From Polyangiales bacterium (GTDB lineage: Bacteria; Myxococcota_A; Polyangia; Polyangiales; Ga0077539): 64,000 nt of DNA. A model generated the notes under the pieces. The model was not told the DNA's origin and did no database searches. It was given only the letters and a program-made list of their open reading frames with translations. This document shows, in pieces, positions 1 through 9,116 of the stretch. Location: NCBI GenBank assembly GCA_046351555.1, contig JAXLYI010000006.1, forward strand, positions 58,284-122,283, read 5' to 3'. Both the position numbers and the translations under genes were made by a program. Every line of letters starts with the position of its first letter. Position 1 is the first letter of the stretch.

Positions 1-129
1 CAGCGCGTCGACCCGCGCGCCGAACTCGCGCACGAGCCGCGCGACGAAGGCCAGCGCCTCCTCGGTGAGCACCTCTTCGTAGCGGGCGCGCATCGCCCCG
101 CGCAGCTCGACTCCAGGCAGCGTCGTCAT
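1..129 (-). CDS. aceB: malate synthase A, N-terminal fragment (gene continues beyond the window start)
   Basis: The reverse complement of 1..129 reads MTTLPGVELRGAMRARYEEVLTEEALAFVARLVREFGARVDAL. This matches the conserved malate synthase A N-terminus (..ILT.EA..F...L...F..R...LL). GC3 is high. Confidence 0.55.
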   Translation of the reverse strand, partial: MTTLPGVELRGAMRARYEEVLTEEALAFVARLVREFGARVDAL

Positions 130-268
130 CGCCGTCACCGTCTCCGTGGCGCGAACTTCACACCCGATTCACGGCGCGTCAATTGATGCGCCGCGGTGCG
201 GAAAGAAAGCCTGTCAAGCGCTGTCACGACGCGGGTGTGTTGTTGTAAAGTCGTTGACAGGAGAGGCC

Positions 269-1711
269 ATGGCGAAGGCGAAGACGGAGTCCCCGAAGCT
301 CGGCGCGAAGGTGCGGTCGCTTCGGCGGCGCGCGGGGCTGTCGCAGGCGCAGCTCGCGGAGCGCGTCGGGGTGTCGGCGAGCTACCTCAACCTCATCGAG
401 AACGACCACCGCGCGCTGCCCGCGGCGCTTCTCTTCAAGCTGGCGCAGGTCTTCGGGGTCGACGCGCAGGCCTTCGCGGGCGACGACGACGCGACGCTCG
501 GGAGCGACCTGCTCGAGGCCTTCTCCGACCCGCTCTTCGAGACGTCGCACCTGAAGGACGCCGACGTGCGCGAGCTGGTGTCGTCGTCGCCTGCCGTCGC
601 GCGCGAGGTGCTACGGCTCTACCGCGCCTACCAGGGCGCGCGGGAGAGCGCGGAGGTGCTCGCGCAGCAGCTCGCGGAGGCGGGCGACGGGCACTCGAGC
701 CTGCCCGCGGTGCGCGCCCCGTCGGAGGACGTGAGCGACCTCATCCAGCGGCACATGAACCACTTCCCCGCGCTGGAGGAGGCGGCCGAGCGGCTGTGGC
801 GCGACGCGAAGCTGGAGACCGACGACATCCAGCGCGGGCTCGCGCGGCACCTCGAGCGCGCCCACGGCGTCGCCGTCTCGATCGTGCGCTCGAGCGAAGA
901 CCGCGGGACGCTCCGGCGCTACGACCCCGCGCGGCGGACGCTCCACCTCTCGGAGCTGCTGCCGACGCGGAGCCGCACGTTCCAGCTCGCGCACCAGCTC
1001 GGGCTGCTGGAGGCGCGCGCGGCGCTCGACGCGCTCACCGACGCGCCCGAGCTCGGCACGCCCGAGGCGAAGGCCCTCGCCCGCGCGGCCCTCGCCAACT
1101 ACTTCGCGGGCGCCGTGGCGATGCCGTACGAGCCCTTCCTCCAGGCCGCGCAGGGCGAGCGCTACGACATCGACGTGGTGGGGCGGCGCTTCCGCGTGGG
1201 CTTCGAACAGGTGTGCCACCGGTACACCACGCTGCGGCGACGCGGGCGCGAGGGCGTCGGCTTCCACATGATCCGCATCGACGTCGCGGGCAACATCTCG
1301 AAGCGCTTCTCCGCGTCGGGCATCCGCATCGCCCGCTTCGCCGGCGCCTGCCCGCGGTGGAACGTCTTCGCCGCCTTCCTCACCCCCGGGCTGATCCGCC
1401 TCCAGGTCTCGCGGATGCCCGACGGCGGGGTGTTCTTCTGCCTCGCGCGCACCGTGCAGAAGGACAGCCTCGGGTACCACGCGCAGCAGCCCGTCCAGGC
1501 CATCGGCCTCGGGTGCCGCATCGAAGACGCCCCCTCCCTCGTGTACGCCGACGGCATCGACCTCACGACCCCCGCCAGCGCCGTCCCCGTCGGCGTCACG
1601 TGCCGCACCTGCGAGCGCGCCGACTGCGCCGAGCGCGCCTTCCCCTCGCTCCGACAGCCCCTCCACATCGACGAGAACGTCCGCCGCCGCTCGCTCTACG
1701 CGGGCGCCTGA
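269..1711 (+). CDS. XRE-family HTH transcriptional regulator of the ScfR/RamB/PrpR type (short-chain acyl-CoA-responsive, DUF2083-like C-terminus with a Cys cluster)
   Basis: GGAGAGG lies 6 nt before the ATG at 269. The N-terminus has a Cro/C1 HTH (LSQAQLAERVGVSASYLNLIEN). A long C-terminal domain ends in the cluster CRTCERADCAERAF. The gene is divergent from malate synthase, as RamB is at glyoxylate-shunt genes. Confidence 0.75.
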   Translation: MAKAKTESPKLGAKVRSLRRRAGLSQAQLAERVGVSASYLNLIENDHRALPAALLFKLAQVFGVDAQAFAGDDDATLGSDLLEAFSDPLFETSHLKDADVRELVSSSPAVAREVLRLYRAYQGARESAEVLAQQLAEAGDGHSSLPAVRAPSEDVSDLIQRHMNHFPALEEAAERLWRDAKLETDDIQRGLARHLERAHGVAVSIVRSSEDRGTLRRYDPARRTLHLSELLPTRSRTFQLAHQLGLLEARAALDALTDAPELGTPEAKALARAALANYFAGAVAMPYEPFLQAAQGERYDIDVVGRRFRVGFEQVCHRYTTLRRRGREGVGFHMIRIDVAGNISKRFSASGIRIARFAGACPRWNVFAAFLTPGLIRLQVSRMPDGGVFFCLARTVQKDSLGYHAQQPVQAIGLGCRIEDAPSLVYADGIDLTTPASAVPVGVTCRTCERADCAERAFPSLRQPLHIDENVRRRSLYAGA

Positions 1712-1782
1712 AACCGGCCGACCGCGGCTTTCCCGGTTCACCTTGCGGCCGCGGTCGGCCGTTCAACGCCGGGAGCCCCCCG

Positions 1783-4527
1783 ATGACCGCACTCCCCTCG
1801 CAGCGCCCGCGCCGGACGGCCCCCGCGAGCGACCTGCCCCCGTCGCTCCAGAGCGTGCCCGCCCCGCGCATCTCGCTCCGCCCCAAGGCATCGCTGCTCC
1901 CCGACCTGTCGAAGTACTCCCTCCTCGCGCCGTCCGCGGGCCCGCGGCGCAACCGGGGGCACGGCGTGGTGGCCGGCTTCGTCGCGACGTGCATCGCCGC
2001 GGCCGTCGACGTCCTCACGAGCGCCTCCGACCTCCCCCGCGCTGACCTCGCCGCCGCCGCGGCCCACGGCGTGGCGGCGTGCGCACCCTTCGGGCTGGCC
2101 GCCGGCCTGCTGCTCGAAGCCCTCCTCGCCTCGGGCGCGCGCGTGGTCCCGGCCCTCCAGGCGTGGCGCTGGATCGCCCGCGGGCCGCGCGCCTGGTTCG
2201 CGCCCGACCCCGGCCTGTCGAGCCGGATCGCCCTCACCCTCCTCAGCGCCTTCGTGCTCGTCGGCAGCGTCTTCGCCACCAGCGAGGTCGCCGCCGCCAC
2301 CATGCACAACCCGATTCTCATCGGCGCGGTCTGCGCGGGCGCCTGCGTCCTCACCCTCGCCCTGCTCCCGCTCCTCACCATCCTCGCCGCCCCGCCGGTG
2401 CGCCTGGTGTGCGGGCGCTACCCCGCGCTGGCCTCCCCCGGCGCGCTCGCGATGCTCACGCTCGTGGCGCCGATCCCCGCGCTCGAGCGGGCCTCGGAGG
2501 CCGCGCAGACCCCGCCCTCCGAGGCGCAGGTCGCCGCCGTGAGCCTCGCCGCCACGCTCCTCGCGGCGGCGGTCGGCTCGTTGTTCGCGCTGCGCCGGAG
2601 CCGCCTCGGCCGCGCCCACCTCGCCGCGCTCGCCGGCGCCGCGGGCCTGTGCCTCGGCCTGTCCGGGGCGAGCCTCGACGCGCGCGGCGAGGTCGTCCGG
2701 GCCGTCGCGGCGCGCTCGAACCTCCCGCGCCTCGCGACGTACGCGCTGCGGCGAGCGACCGATTTCGACCGCGACGGCGCCAGCGCCTTCTTCGGCGGCG
2801 GTGACTGCGACGACGACGACCCGAACCGACACCCGTCGGCCTTCGACACGCCCGGCAACCGGGTCGACGAGAACTGCTCCGGCGAAGACGCGCGCCCCCT
2901 CGCCGAGCTCCCCCCGCCCGCGCCCCCCACGGACACGGGCCTCCCGGCCGCGGCGAAGCCTTCGTTCATTCTCATCACCGTGGACACGATGCGCGCCGAC
3001 CACCTCGGCGCCTACGGGTACCGCCGCCGCACCAGCCCCAACATCGACGCCTTCGCGCGCGGCGCGGCCCTCTTCGAACGCGCCTACACCGCCGTCCCGC
3101 GCACCATCCCCTCCCTCGGCGCCATCTGGACGGGGCTGCCGGCCGCGCGCACGGCCTGGGCGGGCGAGTACCGCCGCCCGGTGCTGCTCTCGCGCAACAC
3201 GACGCTGGCGGAGTCCCTCCGCGGGGCCGGCTACGAGACCGCCGCCTTCGTCGGCTCCGACTGCTTCAACCTCGTGGAGGGCTTCTTCCAGGGCTTCGCG
3301 ACGGTGCGGCGCGGCGTCGGGCTCAAGGGCGACTCGGCCGCCACGACCCGCGACGCCGCCGCGTGGATCCGCGCGCAGGCGGGGCGCCCGTTCTTCGCCT
3401 GGGTCCACCTGCTCGACCCGCACGCCCCCTACCGCCCGGCCACCTCCGGGCCGCGCTTTGGCCCCTCCGACGTCGACCGCTACGACGAGGAGATCGCCCG
3501 CGTCGACGGCCACCTCGCCGCGGTCTTCGCCGCCGCCGCCGAGCTGGAGCGCCGCCCCGATCGCCCGCTGGTCACCGTCCTCGCCGCCGACCACGGCGAG
3601 GCCTTCAACGAGCACGGGGTCCTCGCCCACGCCGCCGACCTCCACGCGGAGGCGCTGCAGATCCCGCTCATCATCCGCGCGCCGGGGGTGAGACCGGGGC
3701 CGCGCCGCGGCCTCACGTCGTCGATCGACCTGCGCGAGACGCTGCTCGACTACGCCGGCCTTCGCGCGCGCCGCATCACGGAGTCGCGGAGCCTCGTGCC
3801 CGCGCTCCGCGCCCCCGACGCGCCCGACCCGACCCGCCGGGACGTCGTCTTCAGCGAGGCCATCGTGAACGCCGCCGTGCCCTTCGTGCGGCGCGCGGCC
3901 GTGACGGACGAGTGGTCGTTCCTCTGGGACCCGCGCGTCAACGTCGTCGAGCTCTACGACAACGCGCGCGACCCCACGCAGCGGCGCAACCTCGCCGAGG
4001 CCCTCCCCGACGTCGCCGGGCGCCTCCAGGACGACCTCGCCCAGTGGAGCGCGGACGCCCCGAGCCGCCTGCGCGAGACCGCCCTCCGCGCGGCGCGGCT
4101 CCACACGGCACCCTCCCCCGCCAACGCCCTCGACGCGCGATTCGAACGCGCCTTCGACCTCGTCGGCTTCGACCTCCCCAGCCGAACGACGACACCCGGC
4201 GGGGCGATCGAGCTGGCCCTCTACCTCCACGCCGTCGAGCGGACCTGGGCCCCGCTGACCCTCGCCGTCGAGCTCGCGTCCGCGGACGGATCCCTGCTCG
4301 TCGACGCGTCGCACCAGCCCGTGCTCGACCTCCACCCGAGCACCGAGTGGGCGCGCGGCGAGTGGATCCGGGACGCCGTGACCATCCCCGTCCCCCCTCG
4401 CGCCGTCGGGCGCGTGAGGGTCAGGCTCTCCGTTCGAAGCGGCGACGGCGCCGTCGTCCCCCCCGTCGGCGCCGCGAGCCCCGCCCCCCTCGACCTCGGC
4501 GAAATCACCATCGCCCCCGCCCGCTGA
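1783..4527 (+). CDS. membrane-anchored sulfatase-superfamily hydrolase/transferase (alkaline-phosphatase fold, Thr nucleophile), with an N-terminal polytopic domain and a MopE-like Cys/Asp motif
   Basis: There are multiple N-terminal TM helices. The motif DFDRDGASAFFGGGDCDDDDPNRHPSAFDTPGNRVDENCSGED resembles the myxobacterial putative metal-binding motif. The catalytic core reads ILITVDTMRADHLGAYGY...HLLDPHAPY...ADHGE. The long upstream part of ORF 196..4527 is out-of-gene noise. Confidence 0.75.
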   Translation: MTALPSQRPRRTAPASDLPPSLQSVPAPRISLRPKASLLPDLSKYSLLAPSAGPRRNRGHGVVAGFVATCIAAAVDVLTSASDLPRADLAAAAAHGVAACAPFGLAAGLLLEALLASGARVVPALQAWRWIARGPRAWFAPDPGLSSRIALTLLSAFVLVGSVFATSEVAAATMHNPILIGAVCAGACVLTLALLPLLTILAAPPVRLVCGRYPALASPGALAMLTLVAPIPALERASEAAQTPPSEAQVAAVSLAATLLAAAVGSLFALRRSRLGRAHLAALAGAAGLCLGLSGASLDARGEVVRAVAARSNLPRLATYALRRATDFDRDGASAFFGGGDCDDDDPNRHPSAFDTPGNRVDENCSGEDARPLAELPPPAPPTDTGLPAAAKPSFILITVDTMRADHLGAYGYRRRTSPNIDAFARGAALFERAYTAVPRTIPSLGAIWTGLPAARTAWAGEYRRPVLLSRNTTLAESLRGAGYETAAFVGSDCFNLVEGFFQGFATVRRGVGLKGDSAATTRDAAAWIRAQAGRPFFAWVHLLDPHAPYRPATSGPRFGPSDVDRYDEEIARVDGHLAAVFAAAAELERRPDRPLVTVLAADHGEAFNEHGVLAHAADLHAEALQIPLIIRAPGVRPGPRRGLTSSIDLRETLLDYAGLRARRITESRSLVPALRAPDAPDPTRRDVVFSEAIVNAAVPFVRRAAVTDEWSFLWDPRVNVVELYDNARDPTQRRNLAEALPDVAGRLQDDLAQWSADAPSRLRETALRAARLHTAPSPANALDARFERAFDLVGFDLPSRTTTPGGAIELALYLHAVERTWAPLTLAVELASADGSLLVDASHQPVLDLHPSTEWARGEWIRDAVTIPVPPRAVGRVRVRLSVRSGDGAVVPPVGAASPAPLDLGEITIAPAR

Positions 4528-4622
4528 ACCCCCTCGGGCGGGGTGTTGCCCGCGGCCCGGACTTCGCGTAGAGCAGCGCGCGCCAACCTCGGACACACCC
4601 GAAACACCTCAGGGGAACCTCC

Positions 4623-5936
4623 ATGCGACAGCTCGCCTCGCCCTCGTCCGCGCTCGTCCTTTGCGCCCTGCTCGGCGCCGGCTCCGCCGGCTGCGGCGCC
4701 CGCCTCGTGCCGCTGCGCGACCAGGGCGCCGTGCTCCTCGCGACGCCGGCGCAGGAGGCCGACGTCCGCGCCGCCATCGCACGCGCCCTCGCCGCGCGCG
4801 GCTTCACCGCCGAGGCCGAGCAGCCCAACAAGATCGTCGCGCGCCTCGACAGCCGCGGGATGGTGCTGCGCGTCTCGATCGACTACTCGGCGACGCAGTA
4901 CGTGGTCGCGTACATCGACAGCCAGGGGTACAACTTCCAGGTCGGCCCGCAGGGCCCGATGATCTCCGCCCGCTACAACCAGTACACGGAGAACCTCCGG
5001 CGCTCGATCCAGGAAGAGCTCGGGCGCCCGGCGCGCGAGGCGCAGGCGGCCGTGCAGGCCCAGCGCGACCACGAGCTGGCCCTCGCCGAGGCGCAGCGCC
5101 AACAGCAGAACGACGCGCTCGCCGCGCAGGCCGCCGAGCGCGACCGCGACCGCCAGGCCGCGCTCGAGCGCGAGCGGCTCCGCACCGAGCGGGCGCACGC
5201 CGAGGCCGAGGCGCGCCGGCCGATCATCGTCGGGCACGACGCGACCGCGGTGGTGGGGCTCCGCTTCAACGCGGGGCAGGTGCAGGGGGCGCGCGGCACG
5301 ATCCGGCTGAACCCCGGCTTCACGCCCGACCCGCGCACCATCAACGGCCGCGCGGGCGGCGACGTGAGCGCGGCGCAGATGGGGATGCCCAACGGCTGCA
5401 CCGGCTTCTACGCCGGCACCGCCGCGCACACCGTCTTCCTCGCGCGCGACTTCAACTACCTGCGGATGGAGACGAGCGCGCCCACGGACACCACGCTCGC
5501 GGTGGTGGCGCCCGACGGGAGCGTGTGGTGCGACGACGACGGCGCGGGCAACACCAACGCGCGCATCGCGGGGCAGTTCCCCGCCGGGCCGTACCGCATC
5601 TTCGTGGGCAACTACCAGCAGGGCGTCGTCTCGCCCTTCCAGCTCGTGATCACCGAGTACGAGGCGCAGAACCAGGTGCCCGTCGCGGTGCCCGTGCAGC
5701 CCGAACCCCCGCCCGCGCCGGCGCCCGACTGCCGCGGCGCGCTCCTCGCCGCCGGCCACCACGCGAGCAACCTCATCTTCTGCAACGACGTGCCCGACCG
5801 CTGCGCCGTCGCGCTCCTCCAGGCGGGCCACCACCCGTCCAACCTCATCCACTGCCGCGGCGTCGAGCCCAACTGCGCCGAGCAGCTCCTGCGCTCGGGC
5901 CAGCACCCGTCCAACCTCATCCACTGCCCGCACTGA
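4623..5936 (+). CDS. lipoprotein with a central coiled-coil (RE/QA-rich) region and a C-terminal triple His/Cys repeat
   Basis: There is a signal peptide with lipobox LLGAGSAGC. A Glu/Arg/Ala-rich helical stretch follows. Three C-terminal repeats read LL.AGHH(A/P)SNLI(F/H)C. Coding-type GC3 throughout. Confidence 0.7.
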   Translation: MRQLASPSSALVLCALLGAGSAGCGARLVPLRDQGAVLLATPAQEADVRAAIARALAARGFTAEAEQPNKIVARLDSRGMVLRVSIDYSATQYVVAYIDSQGYNFQVGPQGPMISARYNQYTENLRRSIQEELGRPAREAQAAVQAQRDHELALAEAQRQQQNDALAAQAAERDRDRQAALERERLRTERAHAEAEARRPIIVGHDATAVVGLRFNAGQVQGARGTIRLNPGFTPDPRTINGRAGGDVSAAQMGMPNGCTGFYAGTAAHTVFLARDFNYLRMETSAPTDTTLAVVAPDGSVWCDDDGAGNTNARIAGQFPAGPYRIFVGNYQQGVVSPFQLVITEYEAQNQVPVAVPVQPEPPPAPAPDCRGALLAAGHHASNLIFCNDVPDRCAVALLQAGHHPSNLIHCRGVEPNCAEQLLRSGQHPSNLIHCPH

Positions 5937-5953
5937 CGCTCCCCCTCCCCGCG

Positions 5954-5970
5954 CGGGCGCCGTGCGCCCG
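5954..5970 (+). terminator. GC-rich hairpin immediately after the stop of the 4623..5936 lipoprotein gene (stem cgggcgc / loop cgt / stem gcgcccg); no U-tract
   Basis: A perfect 7-bp inverted repeat with a 3-nt loop sits 18 nt after the TGA. It is intrinsic-terminator-like, but function is uncertain in this high-GC genome. Confidence 0.2.
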
Positions 5971-6006
5971 TGTGCCCGCGGCGGTTCCGTGGTAACGGTG
6001 TCCGCC

Positions 6007-6630
6007 GTGGAACCGACTCAGCTCATCCTGGTGCTCGTCGTCATCGCCGCCTTCGGCCTCGCCGCGGCGATGGTGATGCGCTCGATCGACAAGCGCGACC
6101 GCCTCGCCCTCGACGCGCAGGTGCTCGCGCTCTGGGAGGCCCTCGCGCTGGCCCGCCACGACCTCCGCCTCGAGGTCAACGAGCGGGGCGAGCGCTTCCT
6201 CCACGGCACCGCGCGCGGCGTCCGCTACACGCTCTCCGTCCAGTCGCCGGGCCGCGGGTGGTCGGGCACGCTCGGCGCGACCGCGCGCGTCGCCCGCGAG
6301 CCCCCCGCGCGCCTGGTGGTGTGGCCCTCCAACGACCTGCCCGCCTGGGCCCCGCGCCTGCCGCGCGCGGTGAAGACGGGGCACGACGAGTTCGACCAGG
6401 TCTTCACGCTGCACACCGACGACGAGGCGCTCGCGCTCGCGGCCGTCGACGCCTCGGTGCGCGAGGCGCTGCTCGGCATCCCGGGCGCGGCGCTGGTGTG
6501 CGACGAGGGCAAGCTCACGCTGGTCACCGGCCTCGACGAGCGCCAGGTGGACGCCGAGCTCGTCGATCAGGTGCGCGCGGTGGTGGCGGGCGTGTGCGCG
6601 CCCCCTGAGGTCGCCGCGTCGGGCGCGTAG
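6007..6630 (+). CDS. single-pass membrane protein, function unknown
   Basis: The GTG start at 6007 gives VEPTQLILVLVVIAAFGLAAAMVMRS, a TM helix. The ORF track starts earlier at the ATG at 5962 (MRPCARGG..), which lacks an RBS. Coding-type composition. Confidence 0.45.
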   Translation: MEPTQLILVLVVIAAFGLAAAMVMRSIDKRDRLALDAQVLALWEALALARHDLRLEVNERGERFLHGTARGVRYTLSVQSPGRGWSGTLGATARVAREPPARLVVWPSNDLPAWAPRLPRAVKTGHDEFDQVFTLHTDDEALALAAVDASVREALLGIPGAALVCDEGKLTLVTGLDERQVDAELVDQVRAVVAGVCAPPEVAASGA

Positions 6631-6672
6631 CGCGCGGGCCCTGTACCGCCCGCGCGCCGACCGCGATGTCCC

Positions 6673-8271
6673 TCAGATGCGGAAGGTGAACTGGAGCGAG
6701 CCCGCGGTGAACGACGCGCGGTAGACGCCCTGGTTGATGGTGCACGCCTCGGCGCCCTGGCTGGTGCTGGGCTCGGGGCAGCTCGAGAGCGAGATCTGGT
6801 TGCCCATCGCGTCGGCCGGCGTGGTGACGGCGCGGCGGCCGGTGCTCGCGTTGTTGTCCTGGAAGAAGAAGTGCCCGAAGCCCGCGCTGACGGTGAGCCA
6901 GCGCCAGCGGTAGGAGAGCCCGGCGTGGACGCTCGCGCCGGCGTAGGCGGGCAGGTGGATCTGGGCGAGGTTGGGCGAGGCGCCCGCGGTCTCGTACGAC
7001 ATGCCGGCGCGGACGGCGAGGGTGCCGGGGAGGACGTTCCAGTCGCCGCCGAGGCGGAAGCCGACGACGTCGGAGAGGGCCGACTCGATGGTGATGGTGG
7101 GCGGCGCGTTGACCATGGTGCCCGCGGAGTCGATGCGGATGCCGCCGGTGTTGGCCAGCGAGGTGCGCGAGAGCATGCTCGTCGCCTCGTAGGTGAACAT
7201 CGCCTCGACGTCGAAGACGTCGTCGGTCATCGGGTCGTAGGTGCCGGTGCCGTCGTCCTGGGTGGGGCGCCCCGCCCGCGGGAGGTTGTAGCGGACGCCG
7301 GCGCGGAGCGTCCACGGCAGGCTCACCTGCATCGAGTTGATGGTGAAGCTGCTGTTGATGACGTTGGCCGGGTTGGCGGCGTAGAGGTTGGCGCGGTTGC
7401 TGGCCGTGCCCGACGCGTCGATCGGCCCGTTGTAGTGGAACTGCGCGCCGAACGACAGGAAGCGCGTCGGCAGCACCTGCACCGCGGCGCTCCCCGCGAT
7501 GAAGAAGGCCGAGGCGTCGAGGCCGATGAAGACGTCCGACGAGGGCGACTGCGCCTGCGAGCGCACCGCGTTGGCGTTGAGGCCGAACTGGAAGTTGGCG
7601 AACGAGGGCTCGATGCCGATGCCCACGCGCAGCCAGCGCGTCGGCTGGACGCTGACCGCCACCACCGGGTGCAGCACCAGGAGCTGCTTGCGGTAGAGCA
7701 GGTTGCGCGCGGGCGACGGGACCATGAAGCTCCCCATCGCGTCGCTCACGGTGAGCCGGTCGGGGAAGTTCTGCGCGCTGCCCTGGGTCGACGGCGCGAA
7801 CACCCCGAAGCCGATGCCCACGTAGCGGTTGATGCGGTACGTGCCGAGGAGCATCGGCGCGAGGGCGACGCTCGGCTCCTTGCACACCTCGGGGTAGGGC
7901 GTGCGGCCGTTGATGTAGCGCGCGTCGCCGCTGTTCGGCGCGGTCTCGAACACCGTGCCCGTCGGGTCGATCGCGGCGCCCGCCATGCTCCCGGTGCCCT
8001 CGAAGTTGCCGCCGTTGCTCGTGCGCTGGAAGCAGTGGTCGAAGGCGCCCACGTTGGACGAGAGCGTGAGCTGGAGCCCCGGCAGCCCCACGATGGCCGC
8101 GACGTTGTGCATCACCGCCGAGGGGTCGCTCGAGCGCACCATGAACGCCCCGCCGCGCCCGAAGGCCGTCGCGCCGTTCTCCGGGAGCTCGACCCCGTAG
8201 GCCCACGCCCCCGAGGGGGCCGCCGCCACCGCCGCCAGCACCAGCGCCGTTACCGTCTTGGAATTCCGCAT
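6673..8271 (-). CDS. outer-membrane beta-barrel protein, FadL/OmpP1/TodX-like
   Basis: The signal peptide is MRNSKTVTALVLAAVAAAPSGAWA. The sequence is rich in alternating beta-strand patterns and Gly/Asn/Ser loops. The C-terminal ...LQFTFRI ends in aromatic-x-hydrophobic, typical of Bam-dependent OMPs. Size is about 530 aa. Confidence 0.5.
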   Translation of the reverse strand: MRNSKTVTALVLAAVAAAPSGAWAYGVELPENGATAFGRGGAFMVRSSDPSAVMHNVAAIVGLPGLQLTLSSNVGAFDHCFQRTSNGGNFEGTGSMAGAAIDPTGTVFETAPNSGDARYINGRTPYPEVCKEPSVALAPMLLGTYRINRYVGIGFGVFAPSTQGSAQNFPDRLTVSDAMGSFMVPSPARNLLYRKQLLVLHPVVAVSVQPTRWLRVGIGIEPSFANFQFGLNANAVRSQAQSPSSDVFIGLDASAFFIAGSAAVQVLPTRFLSFGAQFHYNGPIDASGTASNRANLYAANPANVINSSFTINSMQVSLPWTLRAGVRYNLPRAGRPTQDDGTGTYDPMTDDVFDVEAMFTYEATSMLSRTSLANTGGIRIDSAGTMVNAPPTITIESALSDVVGFRLGGDWNVLPGTLAVRAGMSYETAGASPNLAQIHLPAYAGASVHAGLSYRWRWLTVSAGFGHFFFQDNNASTGRRAVTTPADAMGNQISLSSCPEPSTSQGAEACTINQGVYRASFTAGSLQFTFRI

Positions 8272-8335
8272 GGGACTCGCTTCGCCTCCGTTGAAACCGC
8301 GGGCCGACCGGTGCACGGTACCGCACCGCACGCCG

Positions 8336-9112
8336 ATGCCGCCGGCCCGTCTCCGCCGTCTCGCCCGTCTGGGCCTCGTCCTCGCGATGCTCGCAACACT
8401 GCGGGCGCTCAGGCAAGAGCCAACTGCACGGCGCCACCTCGACGCCTTCTGGGCGGCCGCCCAGGGCCACGTGGTCGCCCTGGCCGACCGCCTCCGCGAC
8501 GGCGGCGCGGAGGGCGTCGCGCTCTACGCGCTGGTGTACGTGGCGGGCTCGCTCCTCGCCCTGCCCCTGTGGCTCACCTCGGGCATCGCGGGCTACGCCT
8601 GGGGCTTCGGCCGCGGGCTCGCGACGGCGGTGCCCGCCCTCACCCTCGGCGCGACGTGCGCCTTCTGGGCGGGCCGCGCGGTCGCGACGACGCGCCTCGG
8701 CGACGCGCTGCGGGCGCGGCCCCTCTTCCGCCAGGTCGACCTCGTGGTGCGGCGCGACGGGCTCCGCATCACCACGCTCCTCCGCGCGTCGCCCGTGATG
8801 CCACAGAACTTCTTCCCCTTCCTCCTCGGCGCGACGCCGCTGCGCACGCGCGACTTCTCGCTCGCCACCGCGGTGGGGCTCCTGCCGATGACGTGCGTCC
8901 ACGTGTACGCCGGCTCGCTCCTGCACCGCGCGTCCGACCTCTTCGCCGAGGGCCGCGGCCTGCGCGACCCGGCCACGCTGGCGAAGCTCGCCGCGGGCGT
9001 CGCGGTGACGGCGGTCACGATGACGATCGCGGTCCGCCGCTCGCGCGCGCTCATCGCGCAGGCCTACGCCGAGGCCGACGCGGCGGCGAACGCCCCCCCG
9101 CGCGCGCCCTGA
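8336..9112 (+). CDS. DedA/SNARE-associated (TVP38/TMEM64) family membrane protein
   Basis: It has a polytopic membrane profile. The conserved DedA segment reads RASPVMPQNFFPFLLGATPLRTRDFSLATAVGLLP. Start chosen is MPPARLRRLARLGLVLAML. Confidence 0.65.
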   Translation: MPPARLRRLARLGLVLAMLATLRALRQEPTARRHLDAFWAAAQGHVVALADRLRDGGAEGVALYALVYVAGSLLALPLWLTSGIAGYAWGFGRGLATAVPALTLGATCAFWAGRAVATTRLGDALRARPLFRQVDLVVRRDGLRITTLLRASPVMPQNFFPFLLGATPLRTRDFSLATAVGLLPMTCVHVYAGSLLHRASDLFAEGRGLRDPATLAKLAAGVAVTAVTMTIAVRRSRALIAQAYAEADAAANAPPRAP

Positions 9113-9116
9113 CGCG

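Noticed and set aside
196-1782. Upstream 529 codons of the 1443-aa ORF 196..4527 (Arg/Ala/Pro-rich)
   Set aside because: It overlaps the well-supported regulator gene in another frame. Its composition (RRRARG... runs) is typical of GC-driven spurious ORFs. The real gene starts at the Met of MTALPSQ (1783), where the TM/sulfatase logic begins.
1738-4596. 952-aa minus-strand ORF antisense to the sulfatase gene
   Set aside because: It is antisense to a gene with clear domain signatures. The translation is low-complexity Gly/Arg/Asp/Glu with no motif.
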